Counted from the first letter of the whole stretch, positions 11,269-24,034 are shown. The stretch: 58,163 nucleotides of DNA, filler included, from Sphacelaria rigidula (GCA_964200075.2; 9 parts of 9 records of this genome joined end to end with filler, not necessarily neighbours in it), one strand, 5' to 3'. Numbers and translations are program-made. The notes: generated by a model from the sequence alone, not told the origin.

Positions 11269-12250
11269 AACGGGAACTGACCTCCGACGGCGTCATCTCT
11301 TCCCAATCCCCATCCTCATACTTGATACGGTAATACGGCTGACGGAAGTCGAACACTTCCTCGTTGAAGTCCTGTCGCTCACCTTGGCTGTCCACAAACT
11401 GTTTACGTCTTCTGGTCCCTCGAGGAATGAGTCGTGAAGCTTCATCCCGAGCAAAAGAGTCTCTTTCCGCTCGAGATGGGTTAACGGATGGGCGCGGTTT
11501 GATTTGCAGATTATCTAGTTCCCACAAAGCATGAAACACGTCCAAGTGTAGCTCAGTGAAACTGTCTAAAACTTCCTCCCCTGAAAGCCGGTGGGACTCG
11601 GTTCCGTCATGAAACAACCCCCGATAGGCCCACTACCAGGATGATCCCGATCCCAACACCACTTTTCTATCTGTCAATGTATACGGTTGCGGAACGGTCG
11701 TGATCTCCTCGGCTAACCCTGAATGTGCCCCCCCAAGCTAGCCAACAGACCTCGCCTGGACCTGAATGATGCAGCTGTTCTGGGTGCACATGAAATTTCT
11801 CCAAGTTGGCCGCGAACACCGTTCGCTCTTGTACTTTACGCACCTGCATTTTGACCTCAAGATTGAGACCTGATATCACCCCCCTGCTGCACCGTCCCCG
11901 GCCCAGTCATGTCCAAATTTGGACGGTACATCTTCATTCAGAAGGGAGCTGTCAGACTCTTTGACTAGCATCATATCTTATTCCTCCCTACGCCGGTGGC
12001 GTTGGGTTAACAGCTCATGAAAGTCCTTCAATTTTTGTCGCTGTTGCTCTACCGTGTTGTTCAACTGTAGGGATTCTGCTTCAGGTGACGCAGAGTCGAC
12101 TTGGGTGCAAGGCTCGCGCTCAAAAACAGCATTAATCGCGTTGAGCTATCCGGCAGTGACTGGTCGGAAGTAGTATGATGAATCCATACAGCAGGATACG
12201 CATACTCGTCCCCCCATTATAGACGCGGCTCACATAGCTCGGCTAAAACG
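11267..12250 (-). pseudogene. Gypsy integrase remnant, copy 2: end of core, post-core region, chromo-like and Tudor-like tail
   Basis: VLAELCEPRL*WGDEYAYPAVWIHHTTSDQSLP; QERTVFAANLEKFH; W*WAYRGLFHDGTESHRLSGEEVLDSF; EVFDFRQPYYRIKYEDGDWEEMTPSEV. Contains stops and frameshifts. Confidence 0.6.
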
Positions 12251-12848
12251 AACTACCCCCCAGCGTCACTTCAAAGGAAATAGGGCGTTTCGAGCGTCAA
12301 GAACGGTTCCAGCAGACCCTTAACTACGTGCTCAGTAACCTTGGGCTGCTAGTGAAAGAGCAAAGAGAACTTGGTTGCTCGATCCATAACAACCAACAGG
12401 TACTTATTACCAGAAGTAGAAGTCTGCTTTACGTCCGATATGTTCATCTACATCATCTACGGGTGAACGAAATTAGCCACAACCTATGGTATGGCGTCGT
12501 TAATTAACGAGGTGGTATCTCGTAACAGTCGAGAGTAGTCGCAACTTTAAAGAAATCGTCTCTTTTCAGCTCGACTGCTTCTTCCTATCCACCTGCGTCC
12601 GCTCCATGGGGTCTGGATTCCTCGCGCCTTGGTTTCCCCTTCGTCAACTGAGAACAAAATAATATGGGCATCGGATTCTCGGAAGTGTGAATCGCCTCGC
12701 CCTGTCCTGTCGGTACCAGAAAAATAAATACCGGTCCGCCCTAATCGCTAACCCAACGTGGGGCAGGCGACGGTGTACGTTTTCACTCGCTGCTTCCACG
12801 CTCGCAGTTGTCCTTCCCTCCGACGATCAGCTTTCAAGGTGACCACAT

Positions 12849-12948
12849 NNNNNNNNNNNNNNNNNNNNNNNNNNNNNNNNNNNNNNNNNNNNTTAATTAA
12901 TTAANNNNNNNNNNNNNNNNNNNNNNNNNNNNNNNNNNNNNNNNNNNN
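12849..12948. other. Artificial contig spacer
   Basis: Same 100-nt linker. Confidence 0.98.
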
Positions 12949-12998
12949 CGTTGCGAGTCGGCCGGGGGCGGGCGCCAGCGGGGACGCGGGAGGGAGGT

Positions 12999-13054
<56 letters not shown>

Positions 13055-14005
13055 CCTGTACACGCATGTGGTGGGTGCGCGTTCTATTGGTAATAGCGTG
13101 CTCTGTGTTGTCTTGTGGAGTACATTGTTCTTGAACTTGACACAGGTATGTATACTGTACCATACAATCTTGTCATATCACTCGAGATTACTATTGGGCG
13201 AACGGCTCTCATGTCCGGGAACATCCATGACACCCAATGCACTCATCTCGAAGCGCAACAAAACGCTTAGGCGACAGATCTCTGAATGCCGTGTGACCTT
13301 CAAAGCCCGTTATCCCGATGGTCAAGCAGAGCAGGTCCTCTCTCTTCGCGTGCCACTAAACCTCAACTACGTTCATCACTCCATGTACACTCACTAGGGA
13401 ATTGCTTCCGAAATATCTATCCAACAGTCGTGTACATGGTATCATACTGACCACCATGAACGACTGAAGAGAGTGATATAGTAGGAGTTTTGTTCAAGGC
13501 TGTAGCGGTGGCGCTAAGGGGACAAATGTGCCTCAATCAATAAGCGTCCTTCAAACTGTTCTGAAGTTAGAAATATACACTACCAACACAATCTCCACAT
13601 GCTTCAAACCATAGTAACCGCTATCAGCTCGGGAATCTAACGGGGGAAAACTATTTCAAAACAATTCCTACGGAGTCAAAATATCACCGAAATCGTGGTA
13701 TTTCCGTGATACGGAGTTTGGGCGTCGTCGTATTCCCACTGATGATATTCACCAAAGACCCAGGAAGCCTGGCGATTTCCCTTACATACGTCGTCGGAAA
13801 GCTCAGACCGCCCTCAAGCTTAAGAGTTCAGTAGGTACGGGTGCTCCAAGCGGATAAATGTGTTGTTAAAAAATATTTGAAAGCCTCTCCTCTCCGTATC
13901 AGCTTCCGGAGGTCCAAGAGGGAAGACCCCTGGAAGCCGGCATATGATGCCTCCAAAATAGGAAAATAAAAAGTTCGCCTGCCGGGGTAATCCAAGGAAT
14001 ATTTG

Positions 14006-15800
14006 CAAGGTTGTGTTCTGTAAGATATGGGTTTCTGTATACCCGAGGTATTTTGCCGGGTATGTACCGTACCCGGAAGTTCTGTGACTTCTGTAAGACT
14101 TTTATACCGGTACCCGACAGTTCTGTAAACTCTGTAAAAAAATTCCATACCCTTAGCCGATTGTTCTGTAATCGCTGTAAGACTCCCGAACCGTTACCGA
14201 GGGGCGCGGGTACGCTCTTGATAAGATACCCGATTGCGGGTACGGTTTTCTGTGCAACCTCCATACCCTACCCGACAGTCTGTGAGTTCTGTATGCCTCC
14301 CATACCGTTACCCGGCAGTTCTGTGAGTTCTGTACAGAATGTTCACCCGTACCCGGAAAGCTGGTATGCTCTTGAAGGATACCCAATTGCCGGTACGGTT
14401 TTTCTGTAATCCTCCCATACCGTACCCGACAAGTTCTGTAATTTCTGTAAAACTTTCATCCAGTACCGTTACCCGACAGTTCTGTGAGCTCTGTACGCCC
14501 CCCATACCTCTACCCGGGGTCAGGGTATATCGTTATGGATATACACGATTGCAGGTATAAACAAAGGAATATACCTTGGGGAGGCACGGATATAGATTCA
14601 ATCCAAACACAACCTCATGACCTGAACATGTACCTCCCATCGATCAACCCACCCAACTCCTTCATTCAAAACTGCACAACCACAATAATTCAACGTTGAA
14701 AAGTTCTGTAGTTTGAGATCTGGCAGGATACGAGGTACCGCTGAGTGGAAACACGAAACATGAGCAGCACTGCGGACCGTCAGAATGGATCACCCCCAGA
14801 CTCGAGTGGTGACTCGAGCGGGGACGGTTCATCTGCACCACAAGGGAATCAAGTAGCAAGACGCATGTCATCGACATTGATGGTGGTTGTGTCGTGGTCA
14901 TCAAACCCCAGGCCGTTATCGACGTGTACAGCACAGAGTATGAGCTGCCACCGAATGTCGTCAAGGCCGTCGGCGATTTTGTCGCATGTCGAAGGGCTTC
15001 CAGAGAACGGGAAGCCGTGAATGCTCCTTCATGTACTCTCTGGGAGTGTACTTGAAGCCGATAGATGTTGACGATCCCATGCACATGTACTACTGCGATT
15101 GTTCATGTAGTCTTTCTTCATCAACCCCGTGAAGCCGTTCAGAGTTTTCGTGAACTGTCATCTTCTGTATTTCCCCACTGTTGCAGTGACGTAGGCCCCA
15201 CCACAGGGGTGATGATAATACCAAGGTCGTGTTTTGGAGGGTACGGTTTTCTGTATACCCAGGGTATTTTGCCGGGTATTTACCGTACCCGACAGCTCTG
15301 TACACTCTGTAAGATTTCCATACCGATACCCGACAGTTCTGTAAACTGTGTAAGACCTTCATACCCGTACCCGATAGTTCTGTGAGTTGTGTAGGCTTCC
15401 CGTACCGTTACCGGGGGGCACGGATATGCTTTTGATAAGATACCCGGTTGCGGGTACGTTTTCCTGTGCAACCTCCATATCCTACTTGACAGTTTCTGTG
15501 AGTTCTGTAAGCCTCCCATACCCTTACCCGACAGTTCTGTGAGTTCTGTACACAAAAAATACCCTAACCCGGAGGGCGGGTATGCCCTAAAAGAGTTACC
15601 CGATTACCGGTATGGTTTTCCTGTAAGCCTCCCATACCGTACCCGACAAGTTCTGTGACTTCTATAAGACTTTCATACCGGTACCCGACAGTTCGGTAAA
15701 CTCTGTAAGACTTTCATACCGGTACCCGACGGTTCTGTAAGTTCTGTGAGGAATCTCATATCCTACAGAACGTACCCGTACCTTACAGAACACAACCTTG
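14006..15800. mobile_element. Composite non-autonomous DNA transposon (hAT/P-type CAAGG...CCTTG ends, 8-bp TSD)
   Basis: 19-bp perfect TIR CAAGGTTGTGTTCTGTAAG at 14006 and 15800; flanks AATATTTG / AATACTTG; two blocks of TACCCGACAGTTCTGTGAGTTCTGTA sub-repeats (14006-~14520 and 15222-15800). Confidence 0.7.
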
Positions 15801-17093
15801 AATACTTGTACAGAGTTTCGTTGTGTAACCCGAAAAAGTGATGCAATGGGGTCGCTTTCACGTCTAAATACCCGAAAAATCGCTTTACACACTGATGTCA
15901 AGTAGTTGGGAGTTTGTCCCTTTCAAGACCCCTTCATCGCACAAGGACGCGAAACTTTCACGCCCACTTTTGGAGTTTTACTCTAAAAAATTGCATACAT
16001 GCACTTCGGTTTATAAACAAACTTTTGATGGATATATTTTTTTTCCTTCTTTTTCTTCGGGTTATTGGGGGTCCCAGGAGATTATGTGATTCCCCAGGAC
16101 CCTGGGACGCTCGATAACCGGCGGAAAACAGACGCTCATCGACATTTTCGTAATGAAACTTGGTGTAACAGTATTACGCCGAAATATCACAGTATATGTG
16201 AATGCCCGCGTACAAGAGTTATTATATAGGGTCTTAGCTGCAACTAGCCGCAAAGTACACACATTTGGCACGACCAGCACACCTCCTACGAAAGAACACC
16301 GGGTCAACAGGCAGCACTACTGAAAAGCTGTGTTCAAGGCAGGACTCTGGGTGCTACTTTCTGGTTGCAAAGGTAACAATTTCCCGCGTTGGGTGGTACG
16401 AGTAGTGTTGATCTGTATGGGTTCCTTGCGGGCAGTATGGCACGCTGATAGGTAGCGGGCACGCTCTCTAATCAACGCCACCACGATGCGTAGGGGGGGA
16501 ATGCATAATGGATAGTGTATGCATTAAAACGAATCATGCCAATTGCTTGTGTCTGCAAAAAAATAATCATGTCAATTACTTGTGCATGCATGCATGCGTG
16601 GTGGTACCGTATGTCGGACTGTTTAAGTTTCGAAAATTGCACCACGATCTTCATGGACACCAGCATAAAAACTGTACTGTACTGTGCCTGTACGGTGCTG
16701 TACTGTCCACTGGCTGTTCAAACTTCCACGGTACTGATTGACAGATAGGCAGAAACGCAGGCGAACACCGATGCCCTTCGCCTATTATACAATCTGCTCG
16801 TCTCCAGCGCGATTCTTGTTATTTTGCTCTGTTCAGAATACACATCAACGGACAGGCGAGCAGCAGTGTGCCTGCGCCGACACACATATTGCTTCGGCAG
16901 CGGATGTATTAATCCAATATATATATGTATATACATACATAGGACTGTCGCATGCGAACACAGATCGATATAATGAAGGAGGACGATGTCAGTGTATACC
17001 GACGGCCGTCGCACTTTAGAGGGGGGTGCCCCCCCGCACGTTGTACACGTCATTATCCGAGGGTATTTGAATGATCCTACGATAGATACGGGG

Positions 17094-17310
17094 TGTACTC
17101 AAGATCTTGCACGTCTTAGTCGTAAGACCATTGGTCTCGCATCCCTACAAAGCCGGGGCGAAGCACGCCAGGTTTCGCCGGACCAGGCTCGCCATCAATC
17201 ACCAAGCGCGAAGCGCCGTCATGTGCTCGGCGAGTCGCACGGTGGGTAAGCTGCATCCTAACGTGATCGTCCGGCCCAAAGCGTAATAATGATCTCGCAC
17301 ACGCATGCAT
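17094..17310 (-). mobile_element. Non-LTR retroelement 3' fragment, family B
   Basis: Reverse complement of 5295-5505; ends TGAGTACA followed by CCCC. Confidence 0.7.
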
Positions 17311-18303
17311 ATGAATGAAAGTCTCGAATTAGTTACATCATTTTCTGGTGTCGTCACTTCCAGAGACAGCCACGGGTTACACTGGCTCATGAGTGCTTTA
17401 CCATATCAACACTGTGTAGTACGATCATCCCTTATTGCGTGGAGTGGAGGTTCTCCACCTCGCACACTATGATCTGACCCGCTCACCATCATGATTCCCG
17501 CAAAAAAGCGCAAGGGAGAATGAAAACCGTAACATGGTGGCCTAGCTTACGCAGTGAGTGTGGTGTTTTTTACAGCGGCTTTGCCACCCGAAGAGCGGAT
17601 CCTACGATGGGGGCAGGGGACAGGGGGGGGATTGCACGAAAAACGGTGGCTCATAGGTGTGTCGGACGGCCTAACATACTCGCGGTGAGCTTGTATGTGG
17701 GTGTAGGAGGTGTCAAGCAGTATGAGCGAGTGTGGCTTATTGGTACAAAGCGTGTTCGAACAAAGTTCCTGCTTCGACGACGATTTCACGACTTGACGAG
17801 TCGTTTTCGTGCAAGAAATGGCCCAAAACACCGCGCCCCCTCCATCGTAGCATGACTCATTCAAGCCCCTTTGTTTTTGCCTACAACTTGTGCATTATTC
17901 TTGTAGTGGACGTATCTCTTCTTCGTTTCTTCTCGCATCTCCCACGTCATACTTGCGTTTGGGGTTCGGTCGTCCAGGGGTCGTCCAGGAGTGGCGGGCG
18001 AGCGGGGCCCTGGCGATTTGTACAGTACCCGGCTAGCTGAGCCAAAGCCACAGCTGTAAGATATTTATTTGGTGAATACTGTTGCTCCACATTTTTTCGC
18101 ATCCCCCCGACCTGAACCCGCACGACTGAACATCCTGATCCATTTTGTTTCTTCATTTTTCTTGTCTGCGGTAGTAAATCTTGTTCTCATAATAAGCTGG
18201 GGATTTATGCCGGCGTCGTTGTTATTTTATTTTATTTTCCCTCTCCGCACTAAAATCTCGAATGTCCTCCGGCAAATATCCTTGTCTTCGTCTCAACTCT
18301 CAC

Positions 18304-18781
18304 CCCGCGTGCGTCTGTATTGCAACCATGGCTGCATTCCTATCCGAGTACGGTAGTGAATGTGAGGCCAGTATATCGATTACATCACTGCGGCTTGACT
18401 GGTCACCGCGCTGCTTATCCGCCGGGTGTGTGAGCATGAACGCGCACTCGGGGTTGGTCTGCGCGGATAGACCCATGCTTGGACGAACCTTGCTGCCTTG
18501 CGTAGATGCGTGCGTTGGGACACCGATGGAAGTGGCTCTGGTTATCCCCTGCCGTACACAGTATCTGAGAGAGAGGCGGAACATGCTCTTGAAACTATGA
18601 GCTTCTTGGACAGGGAGCTGCTGGTGGTGGTGGTTGACGTTTAAGACGCCTACCTCCAAATCAGATAGATTCGGCAGATCGTCGCTGCTGCTGTCGCACA
18701 CACTTGTGCTTGACGGCATCACAGGAGTAGGATACGGGATGTACATCGTGATGGCGACTCGAGTGACGCGTGTGCGTAGGT
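18304..18781 (-). CDS. Putative internal exon of an unknown protein
   Basis: Open frame LRTRVTRVAITMYIPYPTP...QTHAG between a TAG acceptor (after a CA-rich tract) and a GTGAGA donor; no recognisable domain. Confidence 0.3.
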
Positions 18782-18803
18782 CTACAGTTGTCGGGGTCGG
18801 CGG

Positions 18804-18835
<32 letters not shown>

Positions 18836-19260
18836 GTGTGCGTGTTGTGCTTCGATATTAACATTTGCCGAGGGCCGCTCGCGATGGAGTTGCCGCCGCG
18901 ATCACAGAATGGGAGTCCATACAATGAGCTGAAACAGCGTGAACTTGCCGTGTCAGATATTGCAGAAATCGAAACCCGCCGCTAATGGAAGCGGAAGTGG
19001 GTTCGTGGGCCATATCGCTCCGCCCAATGCTCGTCAGTCGCAGGGAACGCCGCATTCTGCGCAAGAGTTGAGCTCTCGCATGCTTTCACACGGCGATACG
19101 GCGCGGGGAGGAAATGGTTATCGAGAGACTGTTGCTTCCGGGCAACAATTGTAGCGAGACGCCTCTCCCGCGGATATGTAACCTCCTGACCTCGTGTCGG
19201 CACATGCCGGCTCTTTTGTCATATTTTGTTCTGCAGCGAACCTTCGCCGGAGGGGGGGGG

Positions 19261-19322
19261 CGTACTCATTTGTTGCTTGCCTTAGTCGTTTGACCATTGA
19301 CCACGCATCCCTTTCGAGACGG
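19261..19322 (-). mobile_element. Non-LTR retroelement 3' end, family A (cut by contig end)
   Basis: G-run followed by CGTACTCATTTGTTGCTTGCCTTAGTCGTTTGACCATTGACCACGCATCCCTTTCGAGACGG. Confidence 0.75.
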
Positions 19323-19422
19323 NNNNNNNNNNNNNNNNNNNNNNNNNNNNNNNNNNNNNNNNNNNNTTAATTAATTAANNNNNNNNNNNNNNNNNNNNNN
19401 NNNNNNNNNNNNNNNNNNNNNN
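19323..19422. other. Artificial contig spacer
   Basis: Same 100-nt linker. Confidence 0.98.
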
Positions 19423-20809
19423 CATGAAGCCACTGTTTCATGCATATGCAGCACACGTCATTCCTAACCAGCCTCGTTGGTCATTCTGGAGGCCCAGTCC
19501 CAAAAGGGTTAACCTTTGTATTGACGTGAACGGATGTAGAAAATAATCACGACGTATACTCGACCACTTTTTCAATCACGCACAGTCCACTGTGATCGAG
19601 CGCTACTCAGTCACAGGGTTGGCCCCAATGCCGGAGGCGTGATGTCAACGAAGCGGGTGCTACTCGTGTGTGTGTGTGTGTGTGTGTAAGATCTGGCTGT
19701 ACTGCACAAAAGCCCGCTTCGTACTGTAGATCTCTACATATCCACGGGGAACGGTTGTAGTCGGTGGCTTCGTGCTCCATCCAGTCGGTCACCCTGCGGG
19801 GGGTATCGAATGAGTACATCGCTTTCATCGCTAAACAGCGCGATACAAAGAACACAAGGTGAATGCACGTGTAGAGGGGTGAGGTTTCAGCTCAAGACGG
19901 ACGCATGGCGCAGTACAGGCAGTGCAGTATATAGTCAGAACCCGGCCTTCCTGGCTGGTGAGCGGTCACCGAGCACACGCTGGGGCAAACCTGACCTGGG
20001 GCCAGTTCAAGAGCTATGTTCCGTCTTCCCCGTCAACATGATATCCTGGCCGGTGCCATGTGCACTGACTATATCGGCCGGCCCGTGGCCGTGCGACTGC
20101 TTCATTGGGTACGAGCGAGGCAACAGTTCACTTACCCAGTGTAAGGCAACGGCCTTGCCGCCGGCGTCGTTGCAGATTGTACCGGAGGAATCCTGTAGAT
20201 ATGTAGGATTGTCACAGGACCGAGATCCCCCAGAACTACGGTACAGACAGTACAACAGTACAGTACAGCATGGTACTTGTAGAAGGGAGCCAAACGGCCG
20301 TGTGTTGCGGGGAAAATTAGGTTTAAAAAACGTCGTCGGGCGGTGTTCACCACCGTCACCTACCGCACACAAGCAACAGCGGAGCCCTCACCTCCTATCA
20401 CTACCCGGTGGTACTTGCTGCAGCAGGGCTCCAACGCTGTCCTTGTGCATCGCAGCATCGTAGCGCCGCGGCATTTTGTCCTCGCGTCAAAAGACCCCCT
20501 CCCACGTGAAAATTCAGTCGCGGTACTGTACTGTATGTAGCCTTCCTCGCTTGGATATTGTGTATTTTGAATTCTTCAAACGCAAAATCCGTTACAAACG
20601 GCGACCCCGACGGAAGTTAGTGTAGTACTGTACCTGGTGCGTCTCGCAGCGTCTGAAACAAGGCACAGATTTTGGATCCAGTCGAGAAATGAAAAGGTTT
20701 GGTGGCGTGATACCGGCTGATGTCGGTGCTGTGTACTGCGACCGGTGCTTGAGAGCCGTAGGGGCAAGTGGGGGTGCCGGAACCTACCCGGTTCCACTGT
20801 TTGAAATCA

Positions 20810-21640
20810 CACGTTCCCTTTTCGTCTTTATCTAAACATGATCGAGTAGAATGCTGAACAGTATTCATTGTGCGGAGGATCGTCGTCCTGACCTTGCAAA
20901 CCATCGCCGCCCGAGTATCACATCAATTATCCTTCAAGGTAGCAATAATATGTCGTGAAATGGCTGTCTTATGCGGTAGTGATATTTTGGAAGGGAGACA
21001 GCTTGACAACTGAGCTCTTCGACCGCGGGTCTGCTTTGCTAAGCACATGTGGTATTGTCGACGGCTAGGCGTGTGGGTGTGGCAGTTGCCACGCCGCAAA
21101 CGGTGGACACGCCCGGAGGCGTGACATGAGTTCCAAGGAGGAGAAGAGATTGGATGGATCAGTCAGAATCCATGGTGAGCGGCAAGGCCTGTTGATTAGG
21201 TTGTAGTAGGGGCTCGAAACACGGAACGAGAAACAAGGTGCATGTACGAGGAGTTATCTTCCTGCGCTTGACAGCTCGGCTTGTCGTGGACTGGACCGGC
21301 TGTGCCGTACAGCACAGTGTAGCATCATATCGTACCATTTTCTGTTGTATGCGCAGTGCAGACAGTAACGGGAGCACATACTCGCGCCATGCTTTCTGTA
21401 AGAAGCACCACGGTGTCGCATAGAAAGCACAGCACAGTGATGGCGGCCCAGTTCCTTAGTGTATCGTAGATGACGCTGTATAACACCCCCTGGTGTTGGA
21501 ATTTCAAATGTGAAGCGCCGTGTTCCTGAAAAATAGGACCCTGAACTCCCAAGTGTGTAGTTCGGTTTTTCAATAAGCCCCGACAACATTTTTGCGATGC
21601 CGCAATATCGCAATATCAGATTCAGCAACACAATGATTTT
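20810..21640 (-). pseudogene. Possible decayed Copia RT/RNase H remnant
   Basis: RYCGIAKMLSGL..NYTL...QRHLRY and TRLAVDNTTCA echo Copia RY..I..SLMYL..TRYDI...LRY and LYIDNTSAL; purine tract GAAAAGGGAACG|TG near 20810; by-eye match only. Confidence 0.3.
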
Positions 21641-23201
21641 CGCACAAGTCCTGGGAGTGAGTGACCAATGATCACCACGGGAATGTTATTCCTCGTCATG
21701 TGCGGCATCCGTTCAACGTTCAAAAATATACAGCCTGCATTACACGGTACCGCGCGATGAACAAGCCGTGTGCTGTACAGTATTGAGCTATCTCGTCCGC
21801 GCTATAATATGCCTCGCTGCTGTGATGAGATCGTATGCCAGTTGATGGTGACGGACGCACTGTTGATAACCCAATCTCTTGCCCACATATGTTGCCCTTT
21901 GATCTCGCGTCCCTGCAATGCCGGAGCCTAGCGATGCTGCGGGTTGTCGATATGGCCCTGTTGCTTTTCACACTGATGGCTCAAGAATATTTTACTTCAG
22001 AAATCAACGTTCGGGTTTTGTTTCCATCGCTTGCTTGATTTTGTTCTTCTCTGGTCTCGCTTTTTCTCCCCCTATCTCTATTCTTGCATCTTCTTTTTCT
22101 CTTCTTCCTTATATTTCACTCCGGAGTATTTCATTTTCCCCCGCCCCCAAAATTTCCAGTGTTGGGCCGTGTCTTATCGGGACAGCTGAAAACAGGATCA
22201 GAAACTATTTTGGAGCATGATTTTTCTTGATGAATAGCAGTGTTGATATCGACGATCGAGAAAACACGTTTACTCCCCACATCGATGTTTCGTGGGCTAG
22301 ACGTCCAACAAGAATATTTTTTGTGAACGGTTGTGTGTGCGTGTCTTGCGCAACGCGTTTTCACCCGATGCCATGCTGCATGGATCAGCCATATTTTTCT
22401 GATTTTACTTCGTTTTTACTTCGTCGGGACCCCAGTTTTTTTTTGTGTGTGCTATTTATTCTCTTTTGGTCTCCTATCATTTTTTTTTTGTGTGTGTGTT
22501 GTCGTCCCAGCTATTTCTTTTCCCTACCTTGTTTTATTTCTGTTTTTTCTGAGACAACTTCGTACGGAAAACAATACCTTGACGCAAAAAGTATATATTT
22601 TGTCACTATGCCTCCAGATCTCCTCGTTTTCGCCGCATTGTGTGGTTATCTTGTTTGCCAATGAAAGTGTCGCTTTTTCGTGGGGACAAATGAAGTGCCC
22701 CGAACTGTCGAAAAAGTGAAGTCGTTTCAATCAGTTGGACAAAAGTGCCTTCCCTTCCCCCCCCCTCCCCCCATATTTTGATTGCTCTGCAGTCAAGTCA
22801 TAGCTCAATGACTGCTCACCTCCTTCCAACGTGAACAACGTGGAGGTAACGCAACACACATCACCCTGCACGGATAAATCATGAGATACCCAAGAGCGAC
22901 CAGAGCCGCGGCGAAGCAATATTGTGCATTAGGATATATACTTTTTTCAACGCCATATTTGAGCTGCGAAAGCAGCCATTAGAACCCACACGCAATCTCT
23001 TAGCGCGCAACGTGAACTCGAAGGTGGTACTTTCGCAACTAACAGTACAGTACATAACATTAAATTACAGTACGTTTTAGACCCCTACGGTCGGTCTGCC
23101 CAGCCGATGATAGCTGCGTACCGTCTGTAGCAATGCCGGTACTGGCCCGGATTGTTGTACATTCCCCGAGTAGTGGGTGGATCGGTTTCAACAGAAGCAA
23201 A

Positions 23202-23619
23202 CAGGGAATTCTCGAAAATGGGGTTGAAAAAAAAATTAGGTTCAACTCAAAAGCCGTGCTTCCCGTGACGTGAATTCATGACAAATGACTTTCATATGGA
23301 CTACCCCATCCCTCCCGACCTCCCTAAAACTACTTTGAGGGATTTCTAGCCTTCCGTTCCCCCAAAGGGTATGTGCGAAAGCACGGTTTTGGGGACTGAA
23401 AACGTCCTCTTTTCACCCCGAAATCGAAGTAAAGATATGCTTTCGTACATACCCTTTGGGAGTATGGAAGGCTACAAATCCCCTTACATAGTTTTAGGGA
23501 GGTCGGGAGGGATGGGGTAGTCCACATGAAAGTCATTTGTCATGAATTCAGGACAGGGAAAGCACTGCTATTGAGTTTAACCTCATTTTTTTGTCGATCC
23601 CATTTTCGAGAATCCACTG
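23202..23619. mobile_element. Foldback MITE with ~180-bp inverted arms, CAG...CTG termini
   Basis: CAGGGAATTCTCGAAAATGGG...AAAGGGTATGTGCGAAAGCA pairs with TGCTTTCGTACATACCCTTT...CCCATTTTCGAGAATCCACTG; no TSD recognised. Confidence 0.85.
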
Positions 23620-23679
23620 TCAACAGGTCTTGGATGTACGTAGCTGAGAGCAGGGACCAGGCTCAGAGCTATGTATGAC

Positions 23680-24034
23680 TGTGTGTGTTGTCGTCCCATC
23701 TATTCCTTTCGGTGTATGTGGGTGCATCAGCCGGGGTCACACAGGAGGGAGACTAACGCGGGAGTTTTTTTTCATCTGTTACGTTTTGTTTTAGTACTAC
23801 TATACTCCACCTTCCTTGTGCGGTGCTTGCCTTCATTGTTTTCGCGAAAGGGGTTCAGCGGTCCCTTTCCCTCGTTGGCCGTGAAGTCGAATCTTGTGAA
23901 TCCACATGATCGCTCTCCACTGTTGGGCATGGTGTGAGAACAAATCCCGGACTGTGTGACTTCACCGAGAATTGAACCCGCGCCCCAACCTTCCGGAGGT
24001 CACGAGGTTACCAACTGAGCCACCGGGGCGACCG
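23680..24034 (-). mobile_element. tRNA-derived SINE, family 1
   Basis: Head GCCCCGGTGGCTCAGTTGGTAAC (A box) ... GGGTTCAATTCTC (B box); body shared with 50545-50892 and 35928-36165; CA-rich tail. Confidence 0.8.

Noticed and set aside
13828..14560. ORFs with repeated TELSG/PYPT peptides
   Set aside because: Translations of non-coding MITE sub-repeats.
17947..18111. Exon continuing the 18304-18781 exon
   Set aside because: The open frame needs phase 0 but the upstream donor is phase 2; the matching frame contains a stop.
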